Origin: Scenedesmus sp. PABB004
Lineage: Eukaryota
Direction: 5' to 3'
NCBI GenBank assembly: GCA_014905635.1
Contig: JABVCE010000010.1
Location: forward strand, 620,001-684,000
DNA: 64,000 nucleotides
Positions within the stretch are counted from its first letter, which is position 1, and every line of letters begins with the position of its first letter. A model generated the notes under the pieces. That model was not told the origin of the DNA, did no database searches, and saw nothing but the letters and a program-made list of their open reading frames with translations. This document shows, piece after piece, positions 10,301 through 22,284 of the stretch. Made by a program: the position numbers and the translations under genes.

Positions 10301-11564
10301 ATGGCGCGCAAGCTGCCGCTCCCGATCGACGGCCAGGTCTGCTGGTTCTGCAAGCAGCCGAGCGACGAGACGAGCTGGATGGGTCTCGGGCGGCTGAGGA
10401 GCACGCACATGCCGATGTTTGAGTGAGCCGCCCGCGCCGACGGCGCCGCGCGCGCGCGCCGACGGCGCCGCCGCGCGCGGCTCGCAGCCGACGTTGAGCG
10501 CCGACCGCTGACCGCCCACCGCCGGCCGCCGACCGCGCCGCGCCGCGCGCGCCAGGGGGTGCTACATTCTGTACCACGAGTGCTGCGCCGTCTTCTCCAA
10601 CGGCTCGGGCGACCTCGGGCCGGAGGGCATGCCGGACGACAAGGTGCTGGACTTTTGGCTGCACGGCGAGCGCGCGTCCGGCATCGGCCTGCGCTGCCAG
10701 CTCTGCGGGCTGAGGTGCGCCGCCGCCGGCGCAGCAGCACGAGCAGCGCCGGCGCCAGGAGCGGCGGCGCCAGGAGCAGCGGCGGCGGCACGCCGCCGCC
10801 TGGGCCGACCCTCGCCCGACCCTCGCCCGACCCTCGCCCGACCCTCGCCGCCGCCGCCTGGCGCGCAGGGGCGCGACCACGGGCTGCCTGCACGGCCCCT
10901 GCCAGCAGTTTTACCACTACCCCTGCGCGCGTGTGCGCGCGCTGCAGGGGCACCTCATCTTTGCGCGCCACAACCGCTCCCTGGTCTGCCACGACCACGC
11001 CGAGCTGTGAGCGGCGGCGCCGGCGGCGGCGCCGGCACGACTGCCCCTTTGCCTGCCCCCCACACACACTCACACGCACACACTCACACGCACCCGCCCA
11101 ACCCACCCCTGCGCGCGCCCCCGCCGCGGCGCCGCGCGGCACGCAGGCTGCAGCCGCCGGTGGAGGGCAAGTTCCTGGGCATGTGGATGGAGGGCGCGGG
11201 TGGCTGGAACCACGCGCTGCAGGCGCACGCCAACGCCGACTGGCTGCCGCACTACGGCGCCCGCATGCGCGCGTTTGAGGCGCAGTGGCACGGCCTCATG
11301 GGCATGGTGCCCGCCGACATGCTCAAGGCCGCGGCCGCGGCGGCGGCCAAGCAGCGCCGCGGCGGCCGCGGCAGCCGCGGCGGCCCCGCGGCGGGGAGGA
11401 CAGCGACCCCGAGTTTTCGCTCAAGCGCCGCAACAAGCGCAGCAGCGGCGGCGGCGGCGGCGGCGGCGGCGGCAGCGCGCGGCAGCCGCAGCGGACGGGC
11501 TCGGGCGGCGCCGCGCTCGCCGGCGCGGTGCGCCAGCAGCGCTCCGGCTCCGTGGGCGGCGCGC

Positions 11565-11598
<34 letters not shown>

Positions 11599-14470
11599 GC
11601 GCGTGAGCGTCGGCCCCGGCACGCGGCCGCCTACGTCGCAGCAGTCGCGGCCGCCGGCGGGGCTGGGCGCGCAGGCGGAGCTGGCGGCGCTGCAGCAGCT
11701 GCTGCAGCCGTTTGTGGGCGCGCCGCCGGCGCCGCTGCCGGCGCAGGTGCCGGCGCCACCGCTGCCGGGGCTGGCCGGGGTCGCGGCGCGCGCCGGGCTC
11801 ACCCTGGTCCCGCGCCGCTCCCAGGACGGCGGCGGCTTGCCGCCGCCGGGCGGCGCGGCCGACGCGGCGCCGCCGGCGCTGGCCGACGCGCTGACCGCCG
11901 CCGCTGCCGCGCTGGCAGCCGCCAGCGCGGCCGCCAACGCGGCCGCCGAGGGCGGCAGGCCGCTGGACGCGGCGTCGCCGGCGCAGGACGCCTCGTCCGC
12001 CGACAGCGCGCCGGCGAGCGGGCAGCCGGGCCGGCGCGCGGGCGCGGGCGCCGCGGCGGCCGCCGACGCCCCGCTGCGGGGGCACGACTTTGCGTCGCTC
12101 GCGGCGGCGGTCGCGGCGGCGGTCGGGGGCACGCGCGGCTTCGCCGCGCCGCGCGGTGGCGCCCCGGCGACGCTCGAGTTTGGCGGCGCGGCCGCTCCGG
12201 GCGGCGGCGGCGGCAGCGGCGGCGCGCCGCGCGCGGCCGCCGGCGCGCAGCAGGCCGAGAGCAGCGCGCTCAGCGACGGCGGCGCGAGCTTCAACGGCAG
12301 CGGCCGCGCCGGCGCCGCGGACAGCCGCGGCGCGGCCCCGCTGAAGCGGAAGCAGCAGCAGGAGCCGCAGCAGCAGCCCCAGCAGCAGCAGCAGCAGCAG
12401 CAGCAGGGCCGGCCGCGGCGGTACCTGGACGTCAACGCCTACGCCCACACCGGCGTCAAGCTCATCACCCTCGACCCGCCCGGCCGCGCCGCGGCGGCGC
12501 CCGCGGGCGGCGGCGGCGGCGGCGGCGCCGGCGGGGCGCCCGGCGCGGCGGCAGCGGCGCCTGCCGGCGGCGGCGGCGGCGGGGGAGCGCCCGCCATCCA
12601 GGGCTGGCCGCCCAGCCGCGGCGGGGACACGATGAGCTGGCTGCAGGCGCGCGCGCAGGCGCAGCAGCTGCACGAGGGCGACGGCGGCGGCGGGGGCATC
12701 CTCCCCGCGCCGCGCGCGGGCGGCGACGGCGCGCCGCCGCGCGGCGCGGCCCCCAGCGGCGGCGGCGGCGACCCGGCGGCGCTGACGGGCGTCGTCACTC
12801 GGCTCCAGGGCCACGAGGCCGGCAGCGCGGTCGCGGCGGTCGCCGACGCGGCCGCGGCGGCGCAGGCGGCGGCGGCGGCCGCGGCGACCGGCCAGGGCGG
12901 CGGCGGCGCCGCGCTTGGCCCGCGCGAGTCCAGCACGCAGGTGCCGCCGCTGCTGGGCCGCGGCGCGCAGGGGCGCAGCCCGCGCGGCGGCGGCGGTGGC
13001 GGCGCGAAGGGCCGCAGCCCGCGCGGCGGCAACGGCGGCGGCGGCCGCGGCGGGCAGCGGGAGGGTCTCGGGGACCTGCTGCAGCAGCTCGCCGGCGGCG
13101 GCGCAGCGCCGCGGCCGGCGGCGGCGCAGCGCCGCGCGGCGCCGCCGGGGCCGCCGCCGGGGCCGCGCCCGCCGACGCCGCGGCGGCGGGCGCCACGAAT
13201 GGTCGAGTACAGCGGCTGCGTGGCCGCGCCGCCGCCGGTCGCGCCGGGCGAGCTGCGCGTCGCGGGCGTGACGGTCAGCCCCACCGTCGTCGCCGCGTAC
13301 ATCAGCCACGAGGCCGCGGCCGCGGCGCACACGCTGCAGCCGGTGGGCGCCCCGCGCGGCGGCTCCGGGGCCGCGCGGCCGGCGGGCGCGCTGCCGCGCG
13401 GCGCCCCCGCGGCGTCTCACGCCACCGCCGCCGCCGCCGACGTGCAGTGGTCCATCGTGCTGCCGCAGGACGCGCTGAAGCAGCTCGAGCGCTGCGGCGT
13501 GCACCCCCAGGCGCTGGCGAGCCAGCTGTACGAGCTGCTGCAGCAGAGCAACGTCGCCAACGGCCACGCCGTCTCCGCGAGCACCGCCGGCGCGGCCGCG
13601 TCGGGCGGTTACGCCGGGATGCCCCAGGACCTCCCCGTGCGCTACGTGCAGTGCCGCCACGTCCCGCAGAGCGACCCGCGCGCCGCGCTGCGCGGCGGGT
13701 TCACCCTGGAGGCCATCCAGGCGCGCACCGCACCGCGCGCCGCGCGCCGCGCGCCGCGCTTGCGCACCGCACCGCCGTGCCCCGCTCACGCGCCGCCGCC
13801 GCCGCCGCCGCGCCGCCGCGCCATGCGCGCCCCGCGCGGCAGGACCTCGAGCCCGGCACGATCCTGGGGCCGTGGCGCAGCTACGCGATGAGCGCGGCCG
13901 AGTTCACGGCGCTCAGCCTCGACGTCCCCCGCGACTGGGACGCGCCGCCGGGCGTGCCGCGCCAGTCGGCGTGGATGGAGCTGCTGCACAGGCGCGCGCC
14001 GCGCCGGCCCGCCGCGCCGGCCCGCGCGCCGCGCCCCGCGCGCCGCGCGCCGCCGCGCCCACGCGCCGCCGCGCCGCCGCGCCGCCGCGCCGCGCAGGTA
14101 CACGCTGCTGGTGCGCGTGCCCGCGCTGCAGGGCGGCAACCCCTACGCCTCGGCGCTCAAGCCCGGCGCGGCGGCGCCGCAGCTCCACTTTTGCGCGCTC
14201 GGGCGCGGCAACCTGTGCGCGCACATCAACGACCCCGCGACCGACCCCGCAGCGCCGGGCGGCGGCGGCGGCGCGCCGGCCAACGCCGAGGTCGTCGTGG
14301 TGCTGGTCAACGGCCTGCCGCTGCCGCTGCTCGTCGCGGGCCGCGCCGTGCGCGCGGGCGAGGAGCTGGGAATGTCGTTTGGCCCCCGATACTGGGACGT
14401 CTGGCGGCGCGTGACCGCCGACATGCGCACCGCGCGGGACGGCGGCGCCGGCGCGCTGCTGCCGCTGTAG
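10301..14470 (+). CDS. Chromatin protein: N-terminal extended PHD finger (zf-HC5HC2H type), long low-complexity linker, C-terminal SET-like domain; apparent frameshift at ~11395
   Basis: Spliced N-terminus CWFC...YHECCAVFS...RCQLCGLRGATTGCLHGPCQQFYHYPCAR...LVCHDH matches the ePHD pattern. C-terminus GNLCAHINDP...NAEVV...AGEELGMSFGPRYW matches the SET pattern. Introns include GC-AG at 13721-13842 and 13992-14097. Confidence 0.75.
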
Positions 14471-15005
14471 CGGCGGCGCAGCCGCCCGGGGCGGCGGGGC
14501 GGGCGGGCAGGGAGAGGCCCGGGGGAGGGCGCGAGCGCGGCGCGCGTCACTGCTCCTTGCGTGCGCATTGCGGGGTGCCGCGCCGCGCGTGTGGGCGGTG
14601 CTGGCCGCTAGAGCGGTGCGCGTGCGTGTGTGCGTGTGTGTCTCGTGCGAAGAAACGTCGGGATGTCCTCCATTTTGCCGCGCGGCGGGCCCGTGAACGC
14701 GCTCGTGGTGGTCAGGGATTGACTGCCTGCTGCCGGGGGGCGCGGCGGTGGCGGCGGCGCCGCGCGCGGGCGGCGCCGCCGGCTGCACGGCTGCTGCCGG
14801 GGGTGGGGCGCGCGGGGAACGAACCGAGAGAGCGCTTGCAGCGCCGCGGCGTGCCTCGCGGCACCGCGCAGCCCGCTCGCGCGCCGCCAGCCCGCTCGCG
14901 CAGCGCGCAGCGCGCCGCGCCCGCGCGCCGACGGCGGTCCGAGCCCGCCCCGCTCCCCGCCCCCTGCGTCCCGCCCAAGCAATGCATGCACAGCCACGCG
15001 CTCGA

Positions 15006-16489
15006 TCACTGCTCCTTTTTGTCGTCGCCGTCCGCCGCCGCCGTTGCCGCGGCCGCGGCCTCCGCCTCGGCCGCGTGCTCCTCCTGGTGCGCCCACACCG
15101 CGGCGAGCTCGCCGCGCAGCACGGCGTGGCCCGCGACGGTCGCGAGCACGGCGGGCACGATGTAGAGAAGCGCCGGCTGCGCCGCGTTGAACGCGTTCAT
15201 CACGCCGATCGTCGTGCCCAGGCCGGCGACGTAGCCCCAGAACACGCTCGCAAAGTAGTTTGAGCGGAACCCGCCCGCGACGTCGTAGCGCAGCATCAGC
15301 GCGACAAAGAGCCCGGGGATGACGATGTCGCCGAGGCCGAGCATCGCAAAGTTGGGCTTGGGCGCGGCGCCGCCGGCCGCGGCGGCCGCGGCGGCGGCCG
15401 CCGCGCGGCGCGGGAAGAGGAGCTTGATCGGGGCCTCGAAGTTCTTGGCGACCGAGACCATGACGGGCGTGCAGAAGACCCAGAATATGTCATACACAAA
15501 CAGCCCGGCCAGCAGGATGGCCGCGGTCTTGACGCTGCCGAGGCTGACGCTCTCGATGCCGAGCACGCTGAACGCGATGCCGAGCGCGTTGTTCGCGAGC
15601 CAGTGCTTGGTCGCGCAGTACCACGCGCCGAGCGCGAGCGCGGGGCCGCAGAGCACGAGCTGCGGGAGCGTGAGCTCGAGCGGCGTCGGCTCGGGGCTCA
15701 GCAGCGGCACCGCGGGCAGCGTCGGCAGGCGCAGCACGCGGCGCCGCGCGCCCGGCGGGAAGAGCGGCGCCACGAACGGCAGCGCGAGGGAGTTGATCGC
15801 GAGCGCGCCGAGCAGCGTGATGTAGGAGGAGAGGACGAGGTTGACCAGCCACTTGGGGACGAACTTGAAGCACAGGAACAGCCCAAACAGCACGCAGCTG
15901 CCCATCTGCGCCAGCCGGCGCGCCGCGCGCGCGCGGTCCGTCAGACAGGCGGAGAGCGCGGCGTGGGGAGGGGAGGGGCGGCGGCGGCGGCTGCCGCGCC
16001 GCGCGGGGTCGGCGCGGCGCGGCGCGGCGCCCCCCGCCGCGCCCGGCGCACGATCGGAAACTTCATGGCGTCCCGGTGCGTCATGCTCTCCTGCGGCGCC
16101 TCCGACTGCACCGAGCGCCAGCAGCCGACGTACACGGTCAGCGCGGCGTGGAGCACGACGCTCACGCTGCGCGCGGCGCGGCCGCCGCAGGCGGGTGGGC
16201 GGCGGCTGCGGCCGGCCGGCGCCGCGCGGCGCGGCTGCGCGCCGCCGCCCGCCGCAGCGGCCAGGTGCGGTCCCCTGCGCCGTCTGTGACACCGCCCAGG
16301 CCGCCGGGCGGGCGCTGGGCGCGGCCGGCGCGGCCGCCAACCGCCGAGCGCTGCTGCGCCGGCCGCCGAGAGAGCGCACCTGTACGGGATGTACACGACC
16401 GTGGGCAGCAGCGTGAGCGCCAGGAGCAGCCCGTGCGCCTTGAGCGCGGGCGGCAGGCTCTGCCCATCCCACTTGACGAACGAGCCCAT
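15006..16489 (-). CDS. SPP: Signal peptide peptidase (peptidase A22B, presenilin-type aspartyl intramembrane protease)
   Basis: Catalytic YDIFWVF and LGLGDIVIPG motifs, QPALLY motif, C-terminal KKxx (DDKKEQ). Three exons: ~16489-16380, ~16166-16052, ~15906-15006. Confidence 0.95.
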
Positions 16490-17085
16490 GCTGCCGCTGC
16501 TGATGGCCGCTGCTGATGGCGGGCCGGGGCGGCCGGGAGCGGCCAGGAACGCGGCAGTGGTGGCGCGCTCGCTGTGCCTAGGACTGCCGCCGCTGCCGCT
16601 GCACCGCCGCACTGCACCGCCGCGCTGCGCCGCCGCACTGCACCGCCGCGCTGCGCCGCTGCCGGAGCGCCGGCGCCATCTGATTATTAAGGCCGTTGAA
16701 CGGCAGCACGCGTGGCGGCTGCAATGCATCGTCGTCGCCGCTCGCTCGCTCTCCCCACGCCCCGCGCGCTGCGTTTATCCGCAACTTGCTGCTGTGCACG
16801 GCTGTGCACGAGTCATTGTTTCGCGGGCGCGCCCGCCACAAAAGGATGGAGCATACCCGCAGCCAACCTGGGCGCCCGTCGTGTGCGCGACCGCCGGCGC
16901 CGGCCGGCGCCGCCCAAAGCCCCAGTCCTGCCCCGGCGCGCGCGCGTGCGCGCGGCGCAATTGTGACGCCCGCGCGACCGCGGCCGCGCGCCAACCGACG
17001 CACAGCCCCCGGGCCGGCGGCCTGGCACTGATGATGATGCAGCCAGGCGGGCGCGCCCCCTCGCAATCCCGTCCCGCGCCGCGGC

Positions 17086-18739
17086 TCACGCCTCGGCGCG
17101 GCCCTCTATCGCGCCCATGCCGCGCAGCAGCACGCCGAGGCCCTCCTCGCCCGCGGCGCCCGCGCCGGCGGCGTCGGCGGCGGCCCTGCAGTCGTCGGGG
17201 GCCGCGCCCGCCTCGATCTTGACCGGGGGCGGCGGCCTGGCGTCGCCCGGCGCGCCGCCCGCGTCGTCGGCTGCGGCCGCCTCCGGCGGCGGCGACGGCC
17301 GCTGCGGCGGCGCCTGCCGCGGCTCCTGCTCCTGCTGCTGCTGCTGCTGCTGCTGCGCCTCGCCGTCGGCGGCGTCGCCGCCGTCATCGCCGGCCGCGCC
17401 GCTGCCGCTGGGCTCGCCCGGCGCGTCGCCGCTGCTGCGCTGGCCCGCGTGGTCGTAGCTGCTGCGCTTGCTGCCGCCGCCGTGCGCGGTCGCCGCCGCC
17501 ATCGCGGCCGCCATGGCCGCCGCCATGGTCGCCGGGTTGAGCCCGCCCAGCCCGGACAGCGGGTTGACCGGCAGGCCGGCAAAGCCGTTTGGCGTGGGCG
17601 GCTGCTGCGGCTTCATGAGGAACTGCGCCAGCACCTGGTTGGCGGTGTTGCGCGTCGTCAGCAGCTCCTGGCTGAGCTGCTGCAGCTTCTCCTCCAGCGC
17701 GCGCTGGCCGCACTGCAGCTCCATGACCTGCTGCCGCGACGCGAGCAGCTCGCGCTCGAGCGCCGCCGTGCGCGCGGGGCCGCTCGGCGGCAGGCCCTCG
17801 AGCCCGCCGCCGTCGCCGCCGCACGCGCCGCCGCCGCCGCCGCCGCCCGCGAGGCGCAGGCGCCGGTTCTCCGCGCGCAGCGCCGCCATCTCGGCCGCGA
17901 GGCGCTTCACCTCGGCGGGGCCGACACGCGTGCCGAGGTTGATCGCGCTGCTCTGCCGCGGCACGTGGCGCACGCGGCGCGGCATCGGCGGCCCGCCCTC
18001 GCCCGCCGGCGGCCCGCCGTCGCCACCCTCGTCCGCGAGCGCCTCGCCCAGCGCGTCCTCCAGGTCGCCGCGCTCGCCGCCATCGTCGCCGCGCTCGCCG
18101 CCGTCGGCCGGCGCGCCGCCGCCGCCGCCGCCGCCCTCGGCGTCGCCGCGCCCGCGCGAGCTGTGCGGCCCGCTGCCGCTCTTGTGCCCCGTCACCGGCT
18201 CGCTGTCGTCCTCCTGGCTGATCGCCTCGTCGTCGATGTTCAGCGGCGGCGGCGGCGGCGGCGCGGCGCCGCCGCTGCGCTGCGAGGCGCCACGCGCGCC
18301 GCCGCTGCCGACGGAGCGCCCCGGGCCCGCGCTGCTCGTGCGCCGCGCGACGCCGTCGGCCGCGACCGCGCCGCTGCTGATGACGTCCGCCGCGGCGCCC
18401 GCGTTGTCGCCGCTGCGCTCGCGCAGCCCGCTCGTCAGCCCCGCGGTCCGCATGAGCGAGTGCAGCAGCAGCGCGCTGTCCACGCCCGCGCCGCCGCCGC
18501 CGGCGCCGCCGGCGCCCGCGTCGGGCGTGGCCGCGATCATGCTGCTGCTCGGCCGCCGCATCGGCTTGCGCTGCCGCTTGCGGAACGACTCGCTCGACGT
18601 CGGCGCGGCGCCGCCGGCGAGCGCGTCGGAGAGCCCCGGGCCCGACGCAATCTCCTCCTCCGCCTGCGGCGCGCGGCACGGCGCGGCACAGCGGGCGGCG
18701 CGGGCGGCGTGGGCGGTCAGCGCGGCCGGCACCTCTGGC

Positions 18740-18779
<40 letters not shown>

Positions 18780-20624
18780 GCCGGCTGGGCATGCTGCTTG
18801 GCCGGGCCCGCTGCCTGGGCTGCAGCTGCTGCCCGCCCGCGGCCACCAGCCACTGCTGCGGTCGCCCCCCAGGAGCCCAGCCCGGCACCCGCCCGCTGCA
18901 GCGCGGCCGCCCGCTCACCCTGAACGCGTCCAGCGCGTTCTGCAGGCTGTCCACGTCCCCGAACGACAGCGCGCTCCACAGCCGGCTGCGCTGCCGCGAC
19001 GGCAGCCCGTGCGCGGCGCTGCCGCGCCCCGCCGCCGCCGCGACGGCCGCCGCCGCCGCTGCGCTCAGCCCGCCCGCGCTCGCCGCGGCCGCGGCGGCGG
19101 CGCCGCCCGCGCCGCCGAGCGCCGCGAGCGGCCCGCCGAGCCGGCTCTCCACGGGCGCCTCGCCGCCGCCGGCCGCCGCGGCGGCGCCCTCGGTGCCGCC
19201 CGTGGCCGCCATGACCAGGGCGTCAAACGCGAGGCTCGCCTGGCTGCCGCTGCGCTTGATCCCCTCACTGTCGCCGCCGCGGCTGACCGCCGGCAGCGCG
19301 TCGCCGCGGCTGCGCGCGCCAAAGGCCTGCAGCGCGTAGCTCGGGTCGGCCAGCAGCCCGGGCATCTGCGCGCGGGCGCGGGCGCGGGAGTGAGCGGCGG
19401 CGCCGCGGCGGCGCGGCCGCGCGCGCGCGCGTGCGTGCGCGGCACGCACGTTGGTGCACGTGCACGCCTCGGCGCCGGCCGAGACAAACGTGGACTGGTT
19501 GTCGTTCTTGGCGTCGATGATCTCCACGTCCACCATGCAGGGGCAGAGGCCCAGGTACTCGAGGTCAAACCGGATGACTGCGCGGCAACAACACACGAGC
19601 GCGCACGCAGGCGGCGCGCGTTTGGCTGTGGCCGCCGCCGCGCCGCGCCGCGCCAGCCAGCCCGGCCGGCGTGCGTGCGGGCGGGGGCGCGCACCAGTGA
19701 AGAGGTACTGGTCGTCGTTGCCGTAGCGGTTGCGGTCGAGGTTGGTCGAGTACTGCCCGCCCTCGCCGTCGGACAGGTAGTGCTTGCGCAGCTCGTCGGG
19801 CACGCGGTGCGTGCCCGTCGAGAGCTCCACGACCTTGGTGCGGCGCGTGTTGGTGGACAGGATCTGCGCCAGCGCGGCGCGGCGCGGGTCGGCGCACGGG
19901 GGTCGGCGGGCGCACGCAGGGGGGCCCGCGCGGCTGCCGCGCCGCGGCCGGCCGCCGCCGCCGGGGCGGGGGGGGGGGGCCGGGCCGGCCGCCGCCGGGG
20001 CGGCCGCTGCTGGGCGGCCGCGCCGCGCCGCGCCGCGCACCGAGAGGATGTTGCGCTGCTCGCCCACGCGGAAGCCCTCCGCCAGGTTCAGGGTGTGCAG
20101 CACCTGCGCGCGCGCCGGCGGCAGCGGGCGTCGCGGCGCCGCGGCGGCGCGCCGCCGGCGCCGCGCCGCGCCGCCGGCGGCCGGGCGGCTCGGCGCGTGC
20201 GGTGGGGGCGCGTGGGCGGGCGCGCGCCTGGAGGAAGGCCGCGGTGACGCTGGGGCAGGCGTCCGTCTCGGTGGGGAGGTGCGCCGTGCCGGCGCGAAGC
20301 TTGTGGCCGTAGTGAGCCCACCGAAAGTAGGCCTTGTACCTGCGCGTGTCGGGGCGCCCAGCGGCGCGGCGCGGCGGCGGGCGCTCGCGCCGCGCTCGCG
20401 CGCTCTCGGCGCATGCCGGCCGGCGCCGCCCCCGCGGCGCCCCGGACTCACAGCAGCTGGTTGTTAGTGGGCCGCGACCGCCCCGCCGCGCGCGGCGTCT
20501 GCGCCACCATCGTGCGGCGCGCGGTGCGGCCGGAGGTCGTGCCCCTGATGGTGCCGCCCTCCTCCGCCATGTAGTCGTCGTCGCTGTCTCCGCCGCCGTA
20601 GCCCGCGCCCTTGGCGCGCTTCAT
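17086..20624 (-). CDS. Uncharacterised protein: globular N-terminal domain, low-complexity middle, C-terminal coiled coil; putative nuclear regulator
   Basis: Spliced N-terminus MKRAKG..NNQLL|YKAYFRWAHYGHKLRAG..AFLQ|VLHTLNL..|ILSTNTRRTKVVELS..DQYLFT|VIRFDLEYLGLCPC... Basic NLS-like RKRQRKPMRR; heptads LAAEMAALRAENRRL and LERELLASRQQVMEL..LEEKLQQLSQEL. Confidence 0.7.
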
Positions 20625-21346
20625 GGCGCCCGCACCACGCGCACGCGGCACCGGGAGGGCGCACCGCCGGCAGCGGGCTGGCGAGGGCGCCTCAATTCCC
20701 CGCTCGCGCGCCCTCAGAGGCGCGCCATGACCCTGAGCACGCTCCGCGGTGGCTCGCGGGGCCGCCGGCACGGCGCGGGGGTCGCGGGTGCTGCAGCGGC
20801 GGGCGCGGCGCGGGCGCGGCGCGAGTGTCGCGGCCGCTGGCGTTGCCGTGGGGGGCGCGGGTGCGTGTGCCGGGACGCGCGGCACGCCAGGGGGGCGGCC
20901 TGCGCCGGATGGCGGGCCGAGTGCCTGACATCCCTCGAGAACCCGTTCTCTCTCACGCGGCGCTGGCAGCAGCGGCCACCCACACCACGACACGCCGCGC
21001 GGAGCAGCCGGCCGCCGGCCCAGGCGCGCGGCGCGCGGTCAAACCGCCCGCCGGCGGCGCGCGCCGCAGAGGAAATCACGCCACTGCGATCAAGTGTGCA
21101 CGCGCTGGGCGCCGCCGTCGGCGGCAAGGAGGCAGGGAGCAGTGACAGACAGACAGACAGTCTCGCGCGGCGCGCCCCGCCGCGGTCCGCAAGTGCGCAC
21201 GCACCAGCTCGACGAAAACACGCCAGCAACGCACACTCGTCACGCGTCGACGCAACAGCAACAACAACAACCAGCACCACCACACAGTCCCGCAATCGGC
21301 AGTGCCCCAGCGCACAGTGTCGGCGGTGCTCGTCAGTCCCCCGTCC

Positions 21347-22246
21347 CTATTCGCTGCAGCCGGGCGGCACCGCCAGCCCCGGCGACCGCTCCGCCGCCGA
21401 CTCGGTCGCCTGCTCGTCGCCGCCGTCGTGCAGCTCCGGCACGAGCGCCAGGCCCGCGCACTCCGGCTGCTGCCACGCCTGCCCCGGCGCGCCGCCGCCG
21501 CCGGGCGCGCCCGGGTGCGCCAGCGCCCGGCCGAGCGCGGCGGGGCGGCTCAGCGCGAGCGACCCGACGTACGCGCCGCCGCCGCCGTCGCCGCCGCCGA
21601 GGCCGAGCGCCGCGGGGCCGCTGCCGCCGGGCGCGCGCTGCAGCGCGGCGGCCGCGTGCGCCACCGCGCTCTCGCCCGACGTCGTGCAGGCGCTGACGTC
21701 GTCCGCCGCGTCGTCGTCGTCGTCCTCCTCCGCCTCCTCGCCGTCGTTGTTGCTCAGGCTCGTGAGGTTGCTGCTCGCGACGCTGATGTTGCTCAGCACG
21801 CTCAGCGCGCTCAGGCGGCGGCCGCGCGGCGGCCGCGTGCGCCCCCACGCCGCCGCCGCGGCGACCGCCGCCGCCGCCGCGCCGCCGTACGCCTCGCTCG
21901 CGGGCACGTCGTGCAGGACGAGCCCGTCGACCGCGCGCTCGCTGTGCTGGGCCTGCTGCATGCGCAGCAGCGCCATCTGCGCCGCGAGCGCCGCCAGCGG
22001 GTAGGCGGACGTGTCGGTGCTGAAGCGGCGCAGCCGCGGAGTGCGCCGCGCCGCGGGGGGCGCGCCGCCGGCGGCTGCGCTGCCAGCGCTGATCGAGCCG
22101 CCGCCGCTGCCCCCGGGGAACAGCGCTGCCGACTGCTGCTGCGGCTGCTCCTGCAGCTGCTGCGCTGCCAGCTGCTCCAGCTGCGGCTGCGGCACGGGCA
22201 GCTGCTGCCGCTGCTGTGCCGGCGCCGGCGCCGGCGCCGGCGCCGG

Positions 22247-22284
<38 letters not shown>

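Noticed and set aside
15006..16489. Signal peptide peptidase as the dedicated processing enzyme of the peptide precursor
   Set aside because: It is a housekeeping intramembrane protease ~11 kb away and does not cut soluble ER or RxLL sites.
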